This document shows, in pieces, positions 19,201-26,173 of a stretch of DNA of 39,871 nucleotides; position 1 is the first letter of the stretch, and every line of letters starts with the position of its first letter. A model generated the notes under the pieces. It searched no databases. It worked only from the letters and a program-made list of their open reading frames with translations, and had not been told where the DNA came from. The position numbers were made by a program, and so were the translations under genes. The DNA lies in NCBI GenBank assembly GCA_051382335.1, contig JBBCAX010000401.1, positions 1-39,871 of the forward strand. Direction: 5' to 3'. The stretch comes from Deltaproteobacteria bacterium TL4 (GTDB lineage Bacteria; SAR324; NAC60-12).

Positions 19201-19532
19201 CACTGTTAATGGAAGAACAGGAGTATCCTGCGGGACATACCCTGTTTAGAGAGGGAGACCAAGGCGATTCAATGTATATCATTCTTGAAGGGAGCGTTCA
19301 ATTGCGGCAAGCAAACGTGATTCTGGGAACACTGGGACCGAATCAGATTTTTGGCGAATTTGCCATTTTGTCCTCAAGACCTCGTTCGGCAACGGTCCTG
19401 ACCCTGGAACCTACTCGCCTTTTTCGTCTTCATCAGGATATTTTATATCAATTATTGAGTGAAAACCTGAAATTGGCCAAAGGGTTAATCCATGTATTAT
19501 GTGAAAAGTTAAGACGTCAACAAAATTTTTAG
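16281..19532 (+). CDS. NTT/TLC (ATP/ADP translocase-like) membrane domain plus HEAT repeats plus cNMP-binding domain
   Basis: About 12 TM segments with FWNIASKILDVRQGKRLFALI; HEAT-like helical repeats; C-terminal FREGDQGDSMYII...FGEFAIL...PRSATV. Confidence 0.85.
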   Translation: MRVKDKVSAVLNLRDGERSITLLLFLYSFQIGITKIFCLTSSLTIFLERYSANYLSYVYMLTAVVTVITGITYLKVSQHLSNIVLTLSNLGFITIVTVLIRLGLELPGVKWPAMALSVWNHVVFTLTNIAFWNIASKILDVRQGKRLFALIATGDVLAALFGGFATGFLAEMVGTPNLLIFSAAGTMGTFLELIYLKQKYRHKFAISHTVSSDFKREKSKLSLRTPYVLLIMSYFILSNFIYTFVDKAFNEMAQQRYSDSATLAQFFGNFFAVAAVLAVVIRIFVAGRLINRYGVVIGLMALPAAIFLGSSLTTVSVNVWGSVGLLFWFTIMTRLFDKVFRGIQYASMATIYQPLMDQSQSIQASMESFVEPLTIGAAGVFLFLIHAYFDISALELAYFCGFLSVVWILITLLLRNEYITVLAQAITHRKIEAVEFSLKDESTLALLEKELKSPFHENVIYALDLLESIHSKALLSIFTQLLEHPSIEVRKNVLERIEKHHAVELLEAINARIKVETSMEVKGLLLHVFCVLSEDGVPQNISYLNHESPWLRMGAFTGLLRSGSIEGIVHAGSKLMDLLNSAESTDRIFAAQILERAAITEFYRPVLQLLMDPDFKVRKAALAAASKLKNPLLWHAVAENLQFKELSSSVVSCLISVGSPAIVSLEHAFEKNKDNEAILIRILRIVGIIGGPEAIEFLNSKSEFNAEDVRHAAILALKNCRYHVSLEMIPSIEKKIRNEIDDAAWTFAALKDFAKEESAIYLKKSLEYEIDQNRERIFVFLSFIYDRDTVLQAWDNYLFGDSEKKSYALELIDNLISNDLKKLIFPVLEDLLIHIRMDRLKPYFPQSLLGGIDRAREILIRTDKWITTWTKCCTLYWVGKQKLMDLAEAVIKNVSMNCEPLVQETAIWALTQLQVKNLEEFLQPLTLAKSETLAKQAQAALSAKTLDLTVERVLKLKTIEMFDQTPETILAEIALLMEEQEYPAGHTLFREGDQGDSMYIILEGSVQLRQANVILGTLGPNQIFGEFAILSSRPRSATVLTLEPTRLFRLHQDILYQLLSENLKLAKGLIHVLCEKLRRQQNF

Positions 19533-19559
19533 GGATCCTTTTTCTATGTTCGGACATTT

Positions 19560-19952
19560 ATGATTCAACGTGTCTTTATTTTACAAACCGTGCCGCTTTT
19601 GAGTAAACTCCCCATCAATATACTGTCCGGCTTGGCTCCGCTGCTTCAAGACGTTTACATCAAAAAAAACGAGGTGATTTTTCATAAAGGAGATATCGGG
19701 AAGTCCATGTATATTATTGTGGAAGGCCGTGTTCGTGTTCATGATGGAGAGAAACACATCTCGTACTTGGAAAAACGCGATGTATTTGGAGAACTTGCCG
19801 TTTTATCTACAGAGCCCAGGATGGCTTCAGTAACGGCCGTTGAAGATTCGCAACTTTTTTGCTTGGATCAGGACATTTTGTACGAAATCATGGCGGAAAA
19901 TATTGAAATCGCACGAAGTGTCATTCAAGTCTTAATGGATCGTTTTCAGTGA
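19560..19952 (+). CDS. Stand-alone cyclic-nucleotide-binding domain protein
   Basis: IFHKGDIGKSMYIIVEGRV, FGELAVL and PRMASV; no HTH. Confidence 0.9.
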   Translation: MIQRVFILQTVPLLSKLPINILSGLAPLLQDVYIKKNEVIFHKGDIGKSMYIIVEGRVRVHDGEKHISYLEKRDVFGELAVLSTEPRMASVTAVEDSQLFCLDQDILYEIMAENIEIARSVIQVLMDRFQ

Positions 19953-20159
19953 GGGCTTCGGTCCAGCACAGGTCCACGACCCGAAAGCCAACACTGACAC
20001 ACACAGACTGAAATACTAAAGAAACTCATTGATCTTTCTCTCAGAAATACGTTAACTATAAAAGTGATAAGGTGTTACACTTGACGATAAGGTGGCGAAG
20101 TGCTTCCGTAACCGGGCAGGCGTGATCGGATATGACGATGTAAGAAGGAGGTCTCAGCA

Positions 20160-21113
20160 ATGGATATTCTTGAAGAAACAAAGATTCTGCTGAAAACAGG
20201 GACTAACGAGTTTGAAATTCTGGAATTCTTGGTCAACGAAGCTGTCCCTGGTAGTAATGAAGTGGTACACCATTATTTTGGAATGAATGTCGCGAAGGTG
20301 AAAGAAGTCATAGAAAGTCCTGCGAACGTCGAACCCAAGGACTATTCCGTTCATCCTTGCTTTTTGGGAACGGTTCCCTTACGGGATATGATTTTACCCG
20401 TTTTGGATTTAAGTGTCTGGCTGGATATTCCACGACAGAAACATAAGTTCGAAAATGTGATTGTCACCGAGTTCAGTAATTCGATTCAGGGATTTTTAGT
20501 TTCAGGCGTTACAGAAATACATCGTGTTAGTTGGAAAGAGTTGATTCCACCAGGCGGATACCTGCAAAAAATGGAGACCAAGTCAATTATTGGCATGATT
20601 GACCGGGGGGATCATTTCATCCAACTGCTGGATTTAGAGTACATTATCTCCGATCTCGATCCTAACTCTACAGAAAATGAATGGAAAACCACCGTCAAAG
20701 CCACTCAGGAATACATCGCGCTGGTTGCGGAAGATTCGCCGACTATCCGACTGATGCTTCAAAAAAATCTAAGTGCTTCAAATTTTAAAGCGCACATTGT
20801 TAATAATGGAGAAGAAGCCTTAACCTTCCTGAAAGCTCTTAAAGAAAAAGCGCTTGTTGAGAACAAAGACATCACGGACTTGCTTCATATTGTGATTTCT
20901 GATATAGAAATGCCCCTGTTGGATGGCTTTACGCTGACCAAAAGTATCAAAGACGATGGGGTATTACAAAAACTGCCCGTTATTTTATATTCATCGATCA
21001 TTACCAAAGAGCTTCGCCATAAAGGAGAAGCGGTCAAAGCGGATTACCAGGTGTCGAAGCCAGAGCTCGACAAAATGGCTGAAATGGCGATAAAACTGAT
21101 TGAATCCAGGTGA
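20160..21113 (+). CDS. cheV: Chemotaxis protein CheV (CheW plus receiver)
   Basis: ILLKTGTNEFEILEF and YFGMNVAKVKEVI; receiver with VAEDS, ISDIEMP, YSS and K; AGGAGG RBS. Confidence 0.92.
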   Translation: MDILEETKILLKTGTNEFEILEFLVNEAVPGSNEVVHHYFGMNVAKVKEVIESPANVEPKDYSVHPCFLGTVPLRDMILPVLDLSVWLDIPRQKHKFENVIVTEFSNSIQGFLVSGVTEIHRVSWKELIPPGGYLQKMETKSIIGMIDRGDHFIQLLDLEYIISDLDPNSTENEWKTTVKATQEYIALVAEDSPTIRLMLQKNLSASNFKAHIVNNGEEALTFLKALKEKALVENKDITDLLHIVISDIEMPLLDGFTLTKSIKDDGVLQKLPVILYSSIITKELRHKGEAVKADYQVSKPELDKMAEMAIKLIESR

Positions 21114-21132
21114 TCTTTTAGAGAAAGCTAAT

Positions 21133-21516
21133 ATGAATTTTAGTGGTGATGAGGAGGTCCTCCTTTCCTTCAAAGAGGAAACACGACTTCATTTGTCGGA
21201 AATTGAGACAGGAATTTTACAGTTGGAGGGGTGTCAGGAGTCCTCTAACGCAGACATCATCAATACGATGTTTCGTGCGGCTCACTCTATTAAGGCCGGT
21301 GCGAATCTCCTGAACCTGAAAAACATAGGGCAGCTCTCGCATAAACTTGAAAATATTTTACAATTATTTCGGCAGGGAACGTTAGTATTCAATACGGATC
21401 TTGTGAATCTCGTCCTTGAAGCCATTGATATTCTTAGAGTCTTATTGGAAGATCTGGAGGCCGGCAAAAGCCTCGATATTTCCAAAGTATTGACTCAACT
21501 ATCCAAGTATTCATAA
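21133..21516 (+). CDS. Stand-alone Hpt (CheA P1-like) phosphotransfer protein
   Basis: SFKEETRLHL, MFRAAHSIKAGA (phospho-His) and LSHKLENIL; directly downstream of cheV. Confidence 0.88.
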   Translation: MNFSGDEEVLLSFKEETRLHLSEIETGILQLEGCQESSNADIINTMFRAAHSIKAGANLLNLKNIGQLSHKLENILQLFRQGTLVFNTDLVNLVLEAIDILRVLLEDLEAGKSLDISKVLTQLSKYS

Positions 21517-21613
21517 GCCTCTTTGGGGACTCATTGTTTCGATAGCTCATCGCTCCCCTTTCTTCCCTCTCACGCATTCTCCAAAGTATTTTACCCCAAT
21601 TCGCATTCTGCTC

Positions 21614-21642
21614 TTGACGAATTGTTTTTTTCTTTCTATGAA
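21614..21642 (+). promoter_or_regulatory. Possible sigma70 promoter for the porin-like gene
   Basis: TTGACG-N17-TATGAA. Confidence 0.3.
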
Positions 21643-21728
21643 CTCGGAGAGGGGATTCTCAAAAAAGAAGCAATGGCATATCTGGGACATTGGGGGGAAT
21701 TAATCTTAACTCGTTCAGGGATCATACA

Positions 21729-23243
21729 ATGAAAAAAATAGTATTCTTAATCTCGTGTGCTTTATGCTTTGCCTTGCCCTTGAGGGCAGAGGAAAAGAAA
21801 GATACGACGCTGGTGATTAAAGGGAAAGTCAACGGCTATTACAAAGCAGAAACAAATTATGTCACCCCATTGGATGCTTCAGGGCATCGGCATGGCGCGA
21901 ATAATCGCGAAAGTCAGACCGTAAGAACCCGGGGCGAACTCAATTTTCTTAGCCTCAGTGGTAAGCAGGACTACAATGGAACGGATTGGTATCAATTCAT
22001 AGGATATGCCAGTGTTAAAATGGACGCGGATGATCCTGACGCAGAGGAAACTAGTCCTTCGGACTTAACGGAACCTGGAGGAAAGAGGAAAAACCTTGTG
22101 TACACAGGAGACGTGTGGGCTCGCTATGCGCCCCATGCAGCGGTGGGCATCAAAATAGGATATCAAACGATACCCGCGACTTCTGTTGCCGCAAAAACTT
22201 ATGTTTATGCCGGAGATTTTGATGATGATTTCCAGGCTTTTCATGGAGCCTCTACAGTTTTGGAAGATCCAGGTTTAAGTATTGATATTCATTTAGGTAA
22301 AGATATCACCTTGGGCTTGGGCAGTTTTGACGGTGCAGGCGATGCTTCAGCCATTGGCGCGGGTGCCGCTTCTCATGAATCAAAAAATAATGTCTTGTGG
22401 TTCGAGGGCAAGTTTGGTTCTGTTCAATTGGCTTTAGGACAGCAAACGATTTCAGCGGGAGGCTACGAAACCTCTTCTGATGATGTGCCGATTCCATCAC
22501 AATTTAAACATGAAAAAACACACTCCATCCTCAACTTTTCCGCATCGGTTGAAGTGGGAATGGTTAAACCTTATTTGGGATACCAATCTATTACAGGGGA
22601 TAAAGTTCAGACGAGGTTTCTTTCCGGGGATGTGAGCGGCGTGGGCAGTTTAATCAAAGCCTCCGTGACACAATCCGTAAAAGCTGGCGTTAAAACAAAC
22701 CTTATGGCTTCAGGACTGGATAGCGCATCGGCTGATGCGGCAATTGCCAGTGGTACATTCGATACCACAATCAATGCGAACGTCAATGCGTTGGTTGGTG
22801 GACTCAAAAATTTTGATGTCACTGAAAATGAGTCCGAAACCTTGGTCGGAAATATCATTTCCGTAGGCGCGGTCTTTGACTTTAAAACAAAGGGTCTGTT
22901 GGCCATTGATTATACCTCCGTGTCCACTCCTGGTTATGGAGAAACGGATTATGTCCCCGCCTTGGTTGAGATGGATTCGGCTCTTATGACGAACTATGTG
23001 TATCCAGTTACTAACGATGCGAGTATCACCTTCTTCTATCACATGCTTTCAACGAAGGAAGACAGTGCTTTAAGAAAGGATATTACAACGGCGACAAATA
23101 ACGCTGCTGTAACGGGAGCTCTGGGAAGTAGTGCTGCGACAGCAACAAACGCTTATACCGCATATGCCGCAGGAATGTCGAAGCTTCTCTGGACGCCAAC
23201 AAGTTCTGTCGGAGTTCAATTTACTATTAATTTCGGTGGCTGA
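21729..23243 (+). CDS. Secreted protein, probable outer-membrane beta-barrel (porin-like)
   Basis: Signal peptide MKKIVFLISCALCFALPLRA; alternating amphipathic strands; C-terminal beta-signal-like SVGVQFTINFGG. Confidence 0.6.
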   Translation: MKKIVFLISCALCFALPLRAEEKKDTTLVIKGKVNGYYKAETNYVTPLDASGHRHGANNRESQTVRTRGELNFLSLSGKQDYNGTDWYQFIGYASVKMDADDPDAEETSPSDLTEPGGKRKNLVYTGDVWARYAPHAAVGIKIGYQTIPATSVAAKTYVYAGDFDDDFQAFHGASTVLEDPGLSIDIHLGKDITLGLGSFDGAGDASAIGAGAASHESKNNVLWFEGKFGSVQLALGQQTISAGGYETSSDDVPIPSQFKHEKTHSILNFSASVEVGMVKPYLGYQSITGDKVQTRFLSGDVSGVGSLIKASVTQSVKAGVKTNLMASGLDSASADAAIASGTFDTTINANVNALVGGLKNFDVTENESETLVGNIISVGAVFDFKTKGLLAIDYTSVSTPGYGETDYVPALVEMDSALMTNYVYPVTNDASITFFYHMLSTKEDSALRKDITTATNNAAVTGALGSSAATATNAYTAYAAGMSKLLWTPTSSVGVQFTINFGG

Positions 23244-23277
23244 GTGATTACAAAAAGGGTGTAATCTGGACATATCC

Positions 23278-24222
23278 CTACAACCTCCAAGTCAGGAAAC
23301 CATCAATCAGTGATGTGAGTGTTTGTGACTCTTTGCATGAAATGAGGTGTTCCCTGGCTTGGCATAGCGCGTCTCTAATACAGGTTCGTGTATACTCAAA
23401 CGAAGCTCCTTGAACAAAGGCCTGTTGAAGTCGTTCTGCTTTCACGTCAGGAGGTTCCTCCGATTTCAATAACGTCACAAGGTCCTCTTTATTCGGTTCC
23501 TTAACTTCCAGATTCAGCACATGGCAAATTAAAAAATTAGCTTCCTGACGTTCAAGGAGTTCTTGTAATTTCAACGGATTTTGAGCTACTTCCAAATCTT
23601 TCCGGAGGTGTATCGCTTTTCCAAGACACAGACCGTACTCATAGAAATCATGCTGTAACGCCTCATTCGCTTTGCCTAAAATAGCCCCACTTTTTGCGGC
23701 GGCACCAACTAAACTTGCCGTCTTACACTCAAGCATCTCAAGGTACTTGACTTCCTTGAATTGATAGAAGGGTTCGGAAATTTCCAAAACCTGTCCTCTG
23801 GAAATGAGTTGGGTGGTTAAGGAAACGGCATCCAATATCTCTAAATTGCCAAGCTGAGTTAAGGTCTGAAAGGAGCGGGAGAGAAGATAATCGCCTAAAA
23901 GGACACTGGCTTCATTTCCCCAAATGCCTAAGAGCTGTTTTTGATAGCGTCTCAACGTTTCCGCATTTCCAATGTGACGATGCATCTTTGCGGCGACATG
24001 GAGATATTCCAGAACACTGCCTATTTGGTGCGTATCACGAGTGATGGGGGTGAAAACTTGAGTACTCATCAGCAGCACCAGGGATCTCCAAGAGACCTCT
24101 TGGCTTTCAACCAAATATTGAATGATTTCAGAAAGGAAAGGTAGATGTTCTTTTAACCCGGAGCGAATTGCCAATTTGATTTGACTCAGGTCCTCATTGA
24201 AGGCTTCTACAAAATGATTCAT
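23278..24222 (-). CDS. Polyprenyl (octaprenyl-diphosphate) synthase-like protein, predicted catalytically inactive
   Basis: Family motifs LEYLH, LRR, WGNEASVLLGDYL, GQVLE, KTASL and YGLCLG are kept, but both DDxxD motifs are replaced (RHIGN, KDLEV). Confidence 0.85.
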   Translation of the reverse strand: MNHFVEAFNEDLSQIKLAIRSGLKEHLPFLSEIIQYLVESQEVSWRSLVLLMSTQVFTPITRDTHQIGSVLEYLHVAAKMHRHIGNAETLRRYQKQLLGIWGNEASVLLGDYLLSRSFQTLTQLGNLEILDAVSLTTQLISRGQVLEISEPFYQFKEVKYLEMLECKTASLVGAAAKSGAILGKANEALQHDFYEYGLCLGKAIHLRKDLEVAQNPLKLQELLERQEANFLICHVLNLEVKEPNKEDLVTLLKSEEPPDVKAERLQQAFVQGASFEYTRTCIRDALCQAREHLISCKESQTLTSLIDGFLTWRL

Positions 24223-24241
24223 GGCAGTGATTTAAAATTGT

Positions 24242-25222
24242 TTATTCCAAGGCTAAAATAATTTTCCCAAAGTGCTGATTATTTTCCATATATTGATGCG
24301 CCGCCTTAACTTTTTCAAGCGGAAAGACCGTATCAATAACGGGGTGGATTGAGCCTTCCAGCAACACAGGCAACCATCGTGTCACAAAGCGTTCTTTAAT
24401 CGCGATTTTTTCGGCAAGGGGAAGACTTCTCATGATTGAACCAAAAATTTTAATTCGTTTGGAGATGACAAGCGCCAAGTTGATTTCAGCTTTGATCCCT
24501 CCCATCAGTCCTACAAGAACCAGTCTTCCTTGGTGTTTCAATATTTTGATGTTGCGGTGTAAATAGGCGGCTCCGATGAAATCCAGGACTAAATGGACGC
24601 CATCGCCATCGGTCCATTTCTTGATTTCCTCGACAAAATCCTGGGTTTTATAATCAATACCCGCAAAACTTCCTAATTTTCGACTTCGTTCAATTTTTTG
24701 AGGAGAACCTGCGGTGACAAAGACCTTCGCGCCTTCGTAATGTGCCATTTGAGTTCCTGCGGTCCCCACACCGCTTCCTCCGGCATGAATCAATACGACT
24801 TCTCCTGCGGTGAGTTGTCCTAAAGTAAACAAGGTTTCGTTAGCGGTATAAAAGACTTCAGGAATAGCGGCAGCGTAGGGATAACTCCAGCCTTCAGGCA
24901 TGGGAATCGCCATGCGGGCATCAATGCTGGCATATTCGGCATAACCGCCTCCTGTGATCAAGCCAAAAACCCGGTCTCCTTTTTGAAACCCTTCAACCTC
25001 AAGCCCTAGGGCTTCAACATCTCCGGCGATTTCGAGTCCTAATATTTCTGAATCGCCAGGAGGCGGGGCATAATGTCCTCTCCGTTGGAGGATATCCGCA
25101 CGATTAACACCGGCCGCTTTGACTTTAACCAGTAAATCACGAGGCCCCAGGGTAGGCCTCTCTATGTCCGTCAGTCGCAAATTTTCCGCTTCTCCAAACG
25201 CCAAAAGAGTCACCGCTTTCAT
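24242..25222 (-). CDS. NAD(P)H-quinone oxidoreductase, PIG3 family (zinc-independent MDR)
   Basis: AAGVNRADILQRRGHY, ILGLEIAG, VLIHAGGSGVGTA and HFGKIIL. Confidence 0.92.
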   Translation of the reverse strand: MKAVTLLAFGEAENLRLTDIERPTLGPRDLLVKVKAAGVNRADILQRRGHYAPPPGDSEILGLEIAGDVEALGLEVEGFQKGDRVFGLITGGGYAEYASIDARMAIPMPEGWSYPYAAAIPEVFYTANETLFTLGQLTAGEVVLIHAGGSGVGTAGTQMAHYEGAKVFVTAGSPQKIERSRKLGSFAGIDYKTQDFVEEIKKWTDGDGVHLVLDFIGAAYLHRNIKILKHQGRLVLVGLMGGIKAEINLALVISKRIKIFGSIMRSLPLAEKIAIKERFVTRWLPVLLEGSIHPVIDTVFPLEKVKAAHQYMENNQHFGKIILALE

Positions 25223-25317
25223 ACATTCTCCTTATCGACTCATCAATCACAGGTTTTTAAAAATAGCTCACGGATTCAAACGGCCAAGGTAAATAAAAAT
25301 AACTCATCCATGAGGAG

Positions 25318-26145
25318 TTATCGAACAGCTAAATTCAAATGATAAATTTCCACGCCGACACCCATCATCACGATAAAAAATCCGATGATCGGCCAAAAAG
25401 CAATACGTTTCCCTTGGTAACCCTGAATTTGGTGTTCTATCAAAAACATGGCATACGTCAACCAGACCAGGAGCGAAATGCCGCGTCGAATACCAATCGT
25501 GGCAAAGCCTTGCAGGTTATCCCTCATGAGGATTCCCAAGCTCAAGCCCATCGTCAAAAACATGAAACCCCACAGCGTTGCGCGATAACTGATCTGATTT
25601 AAGGTTCCCAAAGAGGGAAAGCGATTAACCAGGACACGTACCAACTTGGTTTTTATTTGATGTTCCTGATATAAAAACAAAATGCTGGAACCACAGGCCA
25701 AAGCAAATAAAATATGCCCCGCAATCAAGGTGACAATATGAGTCACCAACAACGCTTGACGGAGCCAGCTTGCTTGTTCAAAAAAGATCAACGCCGGGAC
25801 GCTGCCAGCGGAGATGCCTGAAGAGATAATCATTAAAACCACAGCAAAAACCGGAACTACCGCGGAATTGATGATATTTTCGATTTGTGTTCGAAATAAA
25901 ATCAACACGATGATGCTCAACCACGCCACAAAGCTCAGTAAGTCACTAATAAAGGTTTGAGGCCAATGTCCCAAATAATAAAGACTGTAAATCAAAGTAA
26001 TACTGTGTATCAGACATCCAATTCGACAACTTTGGATATAAACCTTCAGGCGCCAATCCGATGGGTGAGATGCCAGAGAAAGTCCGGACCCCCAACTGAT
26101 TAAATAGAAAAGAATACTGAGCCACAACCCTAATGTAGTGATCAT
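25318..26145 (-). CDS. Cytochrome c assembly (CcsA/HemX/YpjD)-like membrane protein, divergent
   Basis: About 8 TM segments; THIVTLIAGHILFALAC, YQEHQIK, RFPSL..L and GFMFLTMGLSLG; the WWD motif is absent. Confidence 0.75.
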   Translation of the reverse strand: MITTLGLWLSILFYLISWGSGLSLASHPSDWRLKVYIQSCRIGCLIHSITLIYSLYYLGHWPQTFISDLLSFVAWLSIIVLILFRTQIENIINSAVVPVFAVVLMIISSGISAGSVPALIFFEQASWLRQALLVTHIVTLIAGHILFALACGSSILFLYQEHQIKTKLVRVLVNRFPSLGTLNQISYRATLWGFMFLTMGLSLGILMRDNLQGFATIGIRRGISLLVWLTYAMFLIEHQIQGYQGKRIAFWPIIGFFIVMMGVGVEIYHLNLAVR

Positions 26146-26173
26146 CGCAAGACCCTAAATAAAAAATGAAAAA

